A stretch of 63,830 bases of DNA, filler included, from Asterionella formosa (lineage: Eukaryota): assembly GCA_002256025.1 (NCBI GenBank). It is 15 parts of 15 records of this genome, joined end to end, with 100 filler letters (N's around TTAATTAATTAA, not from the genome) between each part and the next. Parts side by side here need not be neighbours in the genome. Positions count along the whole stretch, not along the records: positions 21,373 to 25,538 come from NKIB01013669.1; positions 25,639 to 29,802 come from NKIB01013670.1; positions 29,903 to 34,064 come from NKIB01013671.1; positions 34,165 to 38,322 come from NKIB01013673.1; 11 more parts are not named here. One strand, 5' to 3'. This document shows, in pieces, positions 23,461 through 34,613 of this stretch (the first letter of the stretch is position 1; each line of letters starts with the position of its first letter). The notes beneath the pieces are model-generated. The model made no database searches. It had not been told where the DNA came from and saw only the letters and a program-made list of their open reading frames with translations. Made by a program: the position numbers and the translations under genes.

Positions 23461-24816
23461 ATGAACAATACCTTCCCCTCGCGGTACGAACAGCAGCTAC
23501 TGGCTCAGCAACGAGCCCTCATCGCAGGAGGGTATCACAATGGGGTATTCATTCCTCAAATGCAAATGATTCAGCAACAACAGCTTGGCATTGCGGGCTG
23601 CGCTTCTGTTACATATCCGGCGTCCCTCTTGGAAACACAAATGATGCTCTTGCATCGGCAGCGAATCATGCAGCAGCCCAACAATCAGACCTTGTTTTCT
23701 CAGATGCACATGCAGCAGATACAGCAGCAGCAGCAACAACGCCAGCAGCATGTGATCCCAAAAAATCACGTTTTTCCTTCCGCCCTTGTGACAATGCCTA
23801 CAGCATCTTTTGCGAATCGGTCCCCCGTTTCGACTACTTCATTCTCGCAAGAGAACAAGCTGCCGATCATCTACCGTGCAGAGCTCGGAGTAGCCATCAA
23901 CAAGACTGGCAGAACGACAAAGCAACGACAGGGAAATATGGCTGGCAAAACGGCAAAGCAAAGACAGGGATATAAGGCTTGCAAGAGTAAGCCAAGTTCT
24001 CGAAATGCCAAGTGGATGGAATCTTACAATGATGTGAAGAAGTACAAGCATGAATACGGGAACTGCATTGTTCCCCGTGGATACGTCTTTAATCCGCGCT
24101 TGGCTGTGTGGGTCGCTGAACAACGCAAACAATACAAACTTCGCCTTGATGGGAGGAACTCCAGCATCACAGCAGAACGCATTGCTTTACTGGAATATGT
24201 GGACTTTGCATGGAATGCTCAAGAAGCTGCGTGGGAAAGGCACATGGCTGACTTGAAAGCCTTCAAAGAAGAGAACGGAGACTGTCTTGTTCCTGTCAAT
24301 CATCCAAACTATCCCAAACTGGGATTGTGGGTCAAGGAACAACGGCGTCATTTCAATTTTCTCAAGCGAGGCAAGCCCTCGCATATGACGGACTCTCGCT
24401 ACGTGGAACTCAGTGGCTTGGGATTTTGTTGGGACACCCAAGAAGCTGTGTGGGGGGAACGACTCCGAGAGTTGAAGCAGTTCAAGGTTAAGAATGGACA
24501 TTCCATGGTGCCTACGCATTATTCGACCAATCCACGATTGGGAACATGGGTGCATCATCAACGAAGGCAATATCGCGAGTTCAAGCGGGATAAGCCATGT
24601 CATATTACACAGGAGAGGATTGCGGCTCTTGATAGGATAGGTTTTATCTGGCATCCACGGGACAAGTTGAGCAAGAGTAGTACTGACAGTAGTAATGATA
24701 GAAATATTGAAGATGAGGAGGAAGACGAGTATGAAGAAGATGAAACTACTGAGTTTGATTTCAGGCCCAAAAAGCGAGTGAGATATGGAGATGGTGGTGG
24801 CTGTGGAAGGAAGTGA
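23461..24816 (+). CDS. Helicase-associated (HA) domain protein with Q-rich N-terminus
   Basis: Three HA repeats (W...Y..G.C.VP...L..WV.EQR..Y....R...L....F.W); acidic tail and RPKKRVR NLS-like motif. Confidence 0.9.
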   Translation: MNNTFPSRYEQQLLAQQRALIAGGYHNGVFIPQMQMIQQQQLGIAGCASVTYPASLLETQMMLLHRQRIMQQPNNQTLFSQMHMQQIQQQQQQRQQHVIPKNHVFPSALVTMPTASFANRSPVSTTSFSQENKLPIIYRAELGVAINKTGRTTKQRQGNMAGKTAKQRQGYKACKSKPSSRNAKWMESYNDVKKYKHEYGNCIVPRGYVFNPRLAVWVAEQRKQYKLRLDGRNSSITAERIALLEYVDFAWNAQEAAWERHMADLKAFKEENGDCLVPVNHPNYPKLGLWVKEQRRHFNFLKRGKPSHMTDSRYVELSGLGFCWDTQEAVWGERLRELKQFKVKNGHSMVPTHYSTNPRLGTWVHHQRRQYREFKRDKPCHITQERIAALDRIGFIWHPRDKLSKSSTDSSNDRNIEDEEEDEYEEDETTEFDFRPKKRVRYGDGGGCGRK

Positions 24817-25235
24817 ATGAAATAGAAAATAATAATTTTGAGAGTTTCAATATAAATATTCTGTTAATGCATTGCATAAGGAGAAGTCTGCTTTTTGGTA
24901 TGTATTCAATTATTTTCATTCAAATAGTATCTATATCATGTACCGATATACCGGTATGCATGCAATGAAACAGTCAATGGTCAAGTTTGTACGCAAGATA
25001 TACTACCGTAAAACCTGGTTTCTTGTACCCTCCTATTACCGTATATGAAGTAAACAGCTTCGATTGATTTTTACTAAAAAGGGGACAAGACATTGGCCCG
25101 TTTTGATCACCAAACAACATTAGCAAACCAACTTCACTTGTGGATTGGCATACTTCATGGTGACTTGAAATTCATTGGCAATTGATTTCATCAAAGGACG
25201 AGACTTTTTGTCGCAGTGGATTCTTGTAATTTTAA

Positions 25236-25538
25236 GGTTCCTGCATTTGAACCCCTAGCTCGAGGTAGGGTTAAAAAAATATTATTAAGTCAGAGTAGTC
25301 AAACATAGACTTCTTACGAGTAAAACGTAAATGTATATCGCTAAACGGAGCTTTCACCAATACACACCCTTTCCACATGCTTAAATACAGTCATTTATCA
25401 AAGTGGGGGTATAGGTCAACGCTATATATCGTCAGGATATAGGATCTGGCGAGAAACTGCAGAAAGGAACTTCGGTTTTTTAACTATGCTGAAAATAGTG
25501 GATTTTACCGGGCTAACTCGTTTATTTGGCCTAGTAAA
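25236..25538. mobile_element. Terminus of a Kolobok/Mutator-like DNA transposon (second copy), truncated by contig end
   Basis: Similar to 4771-5044; preceded by TTAA (25232-25235) followed by GG. Confidence 0.65.
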
Positions 25539-25639
25539 NNNNNNNNNNNNNNNNNNNNNNNNNNNNNNNNNNNNNNNNNNNNTTAATTAATTAANNNNNN
25601 NNNNNNNNNNNNNNNNNNNNNNNNNNNNNNNNNNNNNNT

Positions 25640-26746
25640 TATAAATACATCCTTGTATATGTTGATGACATCCTATGTATTTTCAAGGATCCCAGCACAA
25701 TCATACGCTCATTTGCAGATCCTCCCTTCCTATATCGTTTAAAAGATGTTGGACCACCAACCAGATATCTGGGAGCAAAGATAGGTAAATATCAAGTGGC
25801 CAATGTGCATGAAACATGGTATATCTCAGCTGAAGACTATCTTGCCAAAGCTATTACCGTTATTGAAGAATCATGTGGACCATTAAAACCATTATTGAAA
25901 GCAAAGTTGGATTCTCCAGCCCTACCAGACTATCATCCGGAGCTGGATACATCAGATTTCCTGAGCAATACAGACACCCGTCTATACCAAAGTTCTATCG
26001 GAATTTTACAATGGGCCATTCAACTAGGCCAAATTGACATTGCACACTCAGAATCCACCATGGCGGTCTCTTTCATGGCGGCCCCTTGCCAAGGTCATAT
26101 GGTGGCTGTATTACGCATTTTCGTATATCTTCGAAAAAATATCTCCTGTAAATTGGTTATAGACCCTCGTGAACGAAATTGGTCAGATAGAACATGGGCA
26201 TCGGCTAACTGGAAAGACTTCTACCCTGATACGCAAGAAGACATCCCAACTAATGCACCAAAACCACGAGGTCAACGACTTCAAATCAACCTGTTTTGCG
26301 ATGCATCTCATGCAACCAATCTGGTGACACGTCGCTCTAATACAGGTATTATCTTTTTCTTAAATGGCACTGCAATTCGATGGTATTCAAAACCCCAAAA
26401 CACGATTGAATCTTCCACTTTCGGATCTGAGTTTGTCGCGCTCAAAATTGCTGCGGAAATGAACAAGGCAATGCGTTATAAACTTCGCATGCTGGGGATA
26501 CCCATTCAAGAACCTACTAATACATTCTGTGACAATAACAGTGTGGTGATGAATGTGACTAGACCAGAATCAACACTACAAAAGAAACATAATTCGATTG
26601 CCTATCACAAAGTCCGGGAATGCGTGGCGGCAGAGGCTATGAGAATACATCATGAACCTGGAGCCAGCAATCTTGCAGATTTACTAACCAAATGGTTACC
26701 CCCACATAAACATCTTGAACTATGTCGTCACATATTATGGCATTAA
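25640..26746 (+). mobile_element. CoDi-type Ty1/copia RT and RNase H (5'-truncated)
   Basis: YILVYVDDILCI, YHPELDTS, FCDASHA..RRS.TG, ESSTFGSEFVA, CDNNSVV, LQKKHNSIAYHKVRE and NLADLLTK, all in one frame from 25640. Confidence 0.92.
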
Positions 26747-27796
26747 CTGCAAGTGATATTCCACAAATACAAGTGGACTATGTTAATCTCTTCATACTAT
26801 TAAATAAATATACATGTATGCAGCTCAGACCGATTGAAATTCTGACAGGCCACCCTGAAATTCTTCCTCCCGATTTTCCTTGGAACTAAATATTGCATTG
26901 TTGATAACGCTTTATAATTTTATTTTGATTCTTCCTTCTTTCATCATCACTTCAATCTCTTTGTATTCCTCATTAGCCTCTTCAATTGTTAGCGTAATAG
27001 TTGAGATCTTAACAGTATTGTTGCAACCAAACTCCAGTTATGTCGTTTTTGCCATGGTGAGATGGAGCTGTTTTGATTGCTTTGCCGCCTTTTGCTGCTA
27101 TGGAACTGCATTTGTGTGTAGTGTATGTCTCATGTTGTTTGCTTGGGGCCTCATGGCCAGTGGCATTCCATTGAGCTTTCGCCATGGTGATGCCTGCTTT
27201 TTGAAGAAGTTTCCCAAAGGGAACCCGGAAGCTTTCTTCGGTTTACTAGCAGAGGATTCCTTGCTGCTTGATAATTGTACAATGACAGTCTTTTTTATGC
27301 TCGCCTTTATACTTCGCAAAAAATTCTTTTTCACCACAACCAAGGAACACCTGAATTTGATCAATACCCAGAGTTGTTTTCACCTTGTATTTTGACTGAC
27401 ATACAACCGACCTTTCGCCAATACAAGGTGAACCTTGTAATGGAATGGTGTATCACCTTGCATTGAAAAAAATGAAATAACCAATACCTTGTGCTGGAAA
27501 ATGTTGTCATGCACATACCTACCAGTAATATGCCTGGATTTTGAGGACGAAAAGCCAGTTGAAAACGTACCAAAATAATTGCCAATACAGGGTACCAGTA
27601 CTTTCGTTACCTGTGTAGAATGTGTGTAGAATACACATAGGTATCATATATTATGAGTGTTCTTTGTTGTCTTCTTTCTGCAAAGCATGTCTCAAGTTGT
27701 GTCATGCAAGAGAAAAAAACCCATAATATTATAATTCTTTGTCAATAAAAGGACTCGGAGTATCACATGTAATTTATAAAAAATAGTAGCACAGCA

Positions 27797-28383
27797 NNNN
27801 NNNNNNNNNNNNNNNNNNNNNNNNNNNNNNNNNNNNNNNNNNNNNNNNNNNNNNNNNNNNNNNNNNNNNNNNNNNNNNNNNNNNNNNNNNNNNNNNNNNN
27901 NNNNNNNNNNNNNNNNNNNNNNNNNNNNNNNNNNNNNNNNNNNNNNNNNNNNNNNNNNNNNNNNNNNNNNNNNNNNNNNNNNNNNNNNNNNNNNNNNNNN
28001 NNNNNNNNNNNNNNNNNNNNNNNNNNNNNNNNNNNNNNNNNNNNNNNNNNNNNNNNNNNNNNNNNNNNNNNNNNNNNNNNNNNNNNNNNNNNNNNNNNNN
28101 NNNNNNNNNNNNNNNNNNNNNNNNNNNNNNNNNNNNNNNNNNNNNNNNNNNNNNNNNNNNNNNNNNNNNNNNNNNNNNNNNNNNNNNNNNNNNNNNNNNN
28201 NNNNNNNNNNNNNNNNNNNNNNNNNNNNNNNNNNNNNNNNNNNNNNNNNNNNNNNNNNNNNNNNNNNNNNNNNNNNNNNNNNNNNNNNNNNNNNNNNNNN
28301 NNNNNNNNNNNNNNNNNNNNNNNNNNNNNNNNNNNNNNNNNNNNNNNNNNNNNNNNNNNNNNNNNNNNNNNNNNNNNNNNNNN
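27797..28383. other. Scaffold gap (587 N) inside contig 7
   Basis: N run without the TTAATTAATTAA linker. Confidence 0.95.
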
Positions 28384-29802
28384 CAGTTCAGGATTTGAAA
28401 GGTTTCGTTGAAGCAGGAGGTCAATCTCTTCAGTTTGTCTTTGTGTCTGCCTGCCACTCAAGAAAAACAGGCGAAGCTTTCATCAAAGCAGGTGTTCCTC
28501 ATGTTTTATGTTGCCAGAAAGAGAGTCACCGAATCCGAAGCGTAGCTGCCGCTGATTTTTCCAGGGCTTTCTATCGCGCTCTGGCATTTGGAAACTCGCT
28601 TGAGAAAAGCTTTCAGTTGGCTCGCCAACAACTTAGAACTTCCTCGCAAATGCACCCTTTTCACCGAGAGGAAGAAGCGAACAAATTCATCCTTCTTCCC
28701 GCGAATGGCAATCACGATGTTCCTCTATTCTGGGAAGATGAGAATCCCAGAGCCGGTTCTCCTTGCCGTCGATCCCCTTCACTATGTACCACATTGTACC
28801 CAACAATGAGGTTACCCTTGCGGCCAAAATTTTTTCAAGGTCGCGAAGTTGAGATGTTTAGAGTTTTGGAAGCCATCAGGCATGATGCGCGTCTCATTCG
28901 CATAACCGGTGCGGAAGGGATCGGCAAAACCGGTGTGGTTCAAGCTGTCTGTCAATATATGAAAGATAGATTTTCTATATTAAACTACCAAACTGTCTGG
29001 ATCCCGACTTGTGGGGATCTAGATGATGACACTTCCAAGCTCCTTATGAAGGTTTTCGAACTCATGGTGTCTTTCGATGGCCACAAGGAGCTTTTTTTTG
29101 GCGGCCACAAGGATGAGGACGAAGCTGTGAAATGCATCAAAAGGATTATTAAAAACCTCTATTCACTGAAGGTCTTAATCGTTTTTGACGCTACCAGCTT
29201 GAACAAGATCGGACACGCCATGCAGCATTTCGCCTCGTTCCTTGAGCAAGTGATTCAGAACACTCTCTATGTCAAGTTTATTGTCATACAAAATGCTGGT
29301 GAGCTTGCAACGACTATTTCAACGATCGCATGTATTGAGAAGGAAATTTATATCAAGCCGTTGTCCTTTACATCAAGTGTTTCTCTTTTTGTACAGTTTT
29401 GCAATCATGTTTCAGATAAGCAATACTTTAAGGATCAGCTTCTCCGCAAGGCCTCGTGGGACAAGCCAACCTCGGCAAGATCTCGAAAAATCTATGTTAC
29501 ACTTGGGGAAGGAAACCCAAAACGTATTCTTAAAGTTGCCAAGACAATGAGTCAAGATGAATTTATTGCCTTGTATAATCTCGGGATACAAGAGGAAAAT
29601 GCCCAGGAATTTAAATCACGAGCCGCACTCGATATGAGGCTTGCTGAGCTGCATAATGAAAAAGGAAAAGCCCTCAAGGCCGAAGATTTTCTGTATGCCA
29701 AAGAATGCAAAGATATCATTGATGAAATCAATTTTGTGCGAGAGTCCATGCCTGATCTTGAATCTTTGATTTCATTAGCTGCCTCAACGGCCTCGGACTT
29801 AG
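28384..29802 (+). CDS. CHAT (caspase/HetF-like) domain + STAND (NB-ARC-like) P-loop NTPase + UVR-like coiled coil; partial at both ends
   Basis: FVFVSACHS...AGVPHV...AAADFSRAFYRAL..G.SL..SF (CHAT); FQGREVE, Walker A GAEGIGKT, Walker B LIVFD, IKPLS, GEGNP (GxP); KALKAEDFLYAKECKD (UVR-like). Confidence 0.8.
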
Positions 29803-29902
29803 NNNNNNNNNNNNNNNNNNNNNNNNNNNNNNNNNNNNNNNNNNNNTTAATTAATTAANNNNNNNNNNNNNNNNNNNNNNNNNNNNNNNNNNNNNNNNNN
29901 NN

Positions 29903-30790
29903 TGGACGTACACGAAGGCAATAGAAGAGGAAAATGACAATAGAGAAGCACCTGTCACAGTGGAGCCCAAAGATACCAAGAGAGATCATAAATTTCACTC
30001 TTTCGTGTACAGATTCTTTACAAGACGCCATGCTAATGCGACAGTATCCGATCCTGACGAAGACAACGAAACATCCCTGCCCCCAATTGTGTTTTCTATC
30101 CTGGGAACCTCGGTTGAGGATTTTACGCGCCAGCCCCATGTATTGTCACCACCAATGATGGATTCTCTCAGATCCTACCTTCCATTTGTAGTTCAACAAG
30201 ATAATTTTTGGATCAAGTATTCTCTTGTTAGAGATGGAGCATCCTTGCGATGTCTTTTATCCAAAGTGAGAACGTCAGCGAGATGCTTGATTGCCATTGA
30301 AACTATGGATGGTCATGTCTTCGGATCTTTCACATCAACTCCATTTAGAGTTAACTCACAGGGACCTTACGGCAGCGGCGAGGCGTTTGTGTGGAAACTA
30401 AATCAGTCAAGACTGACGCCCTGTACTACAGTGGAGGATCAAGTAGCCCTCGAATCTACACTCCAAGTTTTTGAATGGACAGGGGAAAATCGAAATGTGC
30501 AATGCCTCCATAATGTAGATTCGTCGCTGATGATAGGTGGCGGCGGTCCCGACAGTGCTCCTGCACTTCCTGGAGGGTCAGCTCTGACGATTCCATCCAC
30601 CATGGACCATGGCTTCTCGGACCCATGTGTCACGTTTGATTCTCCTAGTCTCTGTACAGATAGTGGTATGTTCCAGATTGCCAACTTAGAAGTATGGACC
30701 TTGACTCCTGTGAATCAGCAGGACCAAGCCGAGCGGCTTGAGTTAAGTCGCCAGTTTGTCTTCGATCATGGACATTTCGCAGAATATTGA
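29903..30790 (+). CDS. TLDc-domain (OXR1/NCOA7-like) protein, 5'-truncated
   Basis: YSLVRDGASL, IETMDGHVFGSF, YGSGEAFVW, LMIGGG, CVTFDSPSL, LEVW; the frame is open from the contig start. Confidence 0.9.
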   Translation, partial: WTYTKAIEEENDNREAPVTVEPKDTKRDHKFHSFVYRFFTRRHANATVSDPDEDNETSLPPIVFSILGTSVEDFTRQPHVLSPPMMDSLRSYLPFVVQQDNFWIKYSLVRDGASLRCLLSKVRTSARCLIAIETMDGHVFGSFTSTPFRVNSQGPYGSGEAFVWKLNQSRLTPCTTVEDQVALESTLQVFEWTGENRNVQCLHNVDSSLMIGGGGPDSAPALPGGSALTIPSTMDHGFSDPCVTFDSPSLCTDSGMFQIANLEVWTLTPVNQQDQAERLELSRQFVFDHGHFAEY

Positions 30791-31104
30791 GAAAAACAAA
30801 TGTGGCTGGCATAGCATTACTAGTTGTTGACCGTGTGTAGAACAAGATGAGCTCTAAGAGTTCACTTTTTGCATCATCACCGGAGTCAGCGTTCGTCTGC
30901 AAGTAATTATTCGTTTACGTAGAAGCATTGAGGATTCATGGGTGATTCATCTATTGCAGATGTGGAGTTATTGCATCAATACTAAACTTTGAAAAATAAC
31001 CTTATACTTGAATGATCCTGAAATAACTCCATTCCATAAATTTTCTATACATTAATAATGAGAAATTCTTGCAATCCTGCCTCCATATGTCCCAATTCTG
31101 TTTC

Positions 31105-32684
31105 CTAAACAACATCCGCACTGTTCCCTCCTTCTTGTGACGTCAAAGCCACCGTTTCTTCCTCCTTCTCCAACAAAGAGGAGCTCTTGTCCCCGCCCTG
31201 CATAGGAAGACGGCGTTTCAGCAAGATAGCTTGCAACAACGTTGCAAGGGCCAACATACAGCCGTTTAAGGTGAAGGATTGAGTCGGAGTCAAGTCGGTC
31301 AACAAGGAGAACAAAACAATAAAATTCAATGGGATTCTGTATAGATTGTAAATAGCAGCCCGCTTGTCTTCGGGAACAATGTAACCCTTCATTGTTCCCA
31401 TTATAGGCCAGTACATGCCGACACACATTTCAAAGAGGAGCATGGCAACAAAAGTGATGGTGTCTGTCGTACCCATGGCAATAAGGGCCATGGAAATGAA
31501 CGATAATGCAAAAACGCAGACACCAAGGGTTTCACCCTTGAATTTTCCAATCAATACGGAAAATAGGGACGATCCACACATGCACGAGACCATGAATGTG
31601 GAAAAAATGAGACCGAATGGTAGTTTCGCGTCCCCTGCTGTCAAGGCAGTAAGTGCAGGTGTCCACATGAAGACAAAGATATACATGGATCCTTCGAACA
31701 AACTGGAAATGATGCCACACAGCAAAATATCTTGCGATCTCATTGTGACGATGAAAGCATTCCTGAGACCATCGTACCATTTTGGAGCAGCCCTGCCATC
31801 GTCGGACGATTTGTCGGAGGCCTTATCGCCCTCAAGCATGGCACTTTCATGTTGCTTATCGTCTCCGTAGTTTTCCTCCCACAAGGCAGTGGCCAAGATG
31901 CCACAGAGAAGCAAAGCGCAAAGAGAAATATCGAAAGGATTCAAGTATCCTCCAAAGTAAATGGGTTCTTGAGGGTAGACCGTCATGGTAGTCGAAGATG
32001 CGGCTTTGTTGGCCAGCAACCCAGCGCCGATGGCGATAAGGGAATTTCCGTAGGAAGCCGCAGAGAATGACTGCCCCAAGAACTGCTTTCCCAGCTTGGC
32101 ATCCGCGTGAGAGCGGATGAGCCAAGCTTCGAATACCGAAAACAGGAGGGATGTTGCGACTCCACCCAAAAGGCGGCCCAACATGAGAACGTTGAAATCT
32201 TTAAAGTGCTTGGTCATGCAGGAGGCGGCGTAAACAATGGAAAAGATAATGACAAATCGACGACGGCCACCCCAGTCGGCCATTCCTCCTATGAAAGATC
32301 CAAAGATCATGCCTATTTGCGGTAAAGAGTGTTTATGGGTTAACTGATAGAGCCAGGCGCCTAAAGCAGGCATGAGCAACAAAAAGACTTACTGGATCCG
32401 AACCCAGCCACGAAGAGCACAGCAATTGCATGTTGCGAATATCCATACGCATCGTATAATGCATACACATATGGACCCTGCAACCAATCACTCATGGTTG
32501 CCAACAAATAGACGGCTAAGTACTTTCGTAGTAGGACTTGATGCCGCTTAACCTCTGCAGGATCCGCGAGTTCTTCATTCGCGTCGACCCGTGAAAAATA
32601 TTTCTTGTACAATCCAGACGAGCGAAAGGTAATGGCGGCGTTGAAGCCCAACGCAATGCCAAAGATCAGTGAATAGTTTGCCAT
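31105..32684 (-). CDS. MFSD5: Molybdate-anion transporter MOT2/MFSD5 family; exons 32393-32684 and 31105-32312
   Basis: DWLQGPYVYALY..YG, GFGSS|MIFG across intron 32313-32392, GRLLGGVATSLLFSVFEAW, WEENYG, SLFEGSMYIFVFMWTP, NLYRIPLN. Confidence 0.92.
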
Positions 32685-33886
32685 GGTGATCGAATCCGTT
32701 ACACCAAGGTTGGACGAATGTACCCGGTAATGTGTTGTTGATGAGAAAAGGTGGTGAGAGCTCCCGACTCGGCGAACTACTACAGATAGTACTGATTTAT
32801 CAAAAGACATCAATACGGCGGTATATCATACACGGTTTTCAGAAAAGCAACATGGAATTTCTACAAGTCGTATAAACCTATTCTTATCATACGGATATGT
32901 ACGGTATATCATCTCATTAACCCTGCCGCATATAAAAAATGGTATGGTATGATTAGCACGTTCCCTGGGAGATTACCAGGTACCTGATACCAGTTACCAA
33001 GCGAGATGTGAAAGATCTGCTTGCTGGCTGGCATACCGGTATCTCAAATACTCTTGTGTATGTGGAGGTAGAACGGGGGGAGTGGATTCATATCTTTGTG
33101 GTGATGTACTTCGAGGCCCAGTATGCGTGCATGCTGGTATTTTCCTCTTACATAACACGGATTAGCACGTTCCATAAAGATCATCAGTAGCAATACAAGG
33201 TACCTGGTGCTAGGTACTCCTACCTGGTACCAGCATCATGTGACGAAGACATACATAATACTTGGTACCAGGTAGCCTGGTACCAGGTACCAGGTACTTT
33301 CTAGTAGTACAGGTATGATGTCCAATGAAAAAATGGTACTTGGCACTCCCCTGGTACCAGTACTCCCTCTGTCCAATAACAGTTGGTATATCCAGGTATA
33401 TTTCGACTCTTATGATGTATACATGTTTGAATGTAAACACAACCATACGAGTTCTTTGTTCGCTCTCGGGTTCAATGGTTTTATGATGAGCAGGTAGTTT
33501 TGCATTTGCTTCAGTTTTATCGGACACTTCCTCGACATTTATGAAGGTGAGAGATATGAAGAGGCAACAAAAAAAAGAATTCTACACACGAATGTACAAC
33601 AGGACAGAATCCAGAATCCGTTCGTATGCCATACTTGATGTCGAAATAGGGCAACAAATTTTATAAAATATACCACAATGCATGTATGAAATGGTGCATG
33701 GATTTGTACGGTTCAGCCGGTATACATGGTGCATTCAATGCACCATGTTTCTAGCATTTTGAGTTAGCTAATAGCAGTACCAATATCATGCTATTTCGAG
33801 GTGGCATTGGATATGATCTCACATCATGACAAATAAATAGTAATTCAGCTCGAAAAATTCTGGCCTGCTAAGATTTAACTGGCACC

Positions 33887-34019
33887 AAATAGTACAAATA
33901 GTACAAATAGTACAAAAAGTACAAAAAGTACAAAAAGTACAAAAAGTACAAAAAGTACAAAAAGTACAAAAAGTACAAAAAGTACAAAAAGTACAAAAAG
34001 TACAAAAAGTACAAAAAGT

Positions 34020-34064
<45 letters not shown>
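33887..34064 (+). repeat. Compound microsatellite: ~15 x AAA(T/A)AGTAC followed by (CAA)n to contig end
   Basis: Directly visible in the sequence. Confidence 0.95.
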
Positions 34065-34214
34065 NNNNNNNNNNNNNNNNNNNNNNNNNNNNNNNNNNNN
34101 NNNNNNNNTTAATTAATTAANNNNNNNNNNNNNNNNNNNNNNNNNNNNNNNNNNNNNNNNNNNNATGGGGGTGTACAACAGCAACTCAAAAATTACGACC
34201 ATGGTACCAACAAG

Positions 34215-34301
34215 GCAGTTGCGGTAATTTGCTCAACTAAAGATATAGCTTTCTTTATCGTGGATTAAATTGTCTATTCAAGCAAAATGAGCGCAACTTG
34301 C
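34215..34301. mobile_element. MITE-like inverted-repeat element, copy A
   Basis: GCAGTTGCGGTAATTTGCT...AGCAAAATGAGCGCAACTTGC; core similar to copies at 51394 and 63367. Confidence 0.75.
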
Positions 34302-34613
34302 AGGTACCGGTACGACCTGCACTATACTGTAGTCTTCTTCATTTACACGTAAACATATAGAAAGGTATGTATATACAGGTGTAATATCGTTAAAGATCCA
34401 CATATTACGGGAGTGTACGCTACCCCAGGATGGTAGTTATACATTAAGTGACATATGTGACAGTACCGGTAGGTGGTTGGTTGTCTGTTGGATGAGAGAC
34501 ATCAAGCTATAAAACCAATGTGATGGACGACCATTTCATTGCCTATGTACGACCAACGTTTCTTGTTTAACTGCCGCAATCCCTTCCCCCTCCGATATCA
34601 ATCAACCTCCATC

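Noticed and set aside
26830..27590. Hydrophobic 171-aa ORF 26880-27395 as a membrane protein
   Set aside because: Non-ATG start and no motifs; it looks like the antisense shadow of a decayed, stop-riddled K/E-rich frame that I cannot classify.
27763..28461. Long ORFs through the N gap and other X-containing ORFs
   Set aside because: They are artefacts of translating N runs.
33887..34064. Telomere, or a poly-YFL/poly-L protein
   Set aside because: The unit lacks a G-rich telomeric strand and switches to (CAA)n; a microsatellite that broke the assembly is the simpler explanation.
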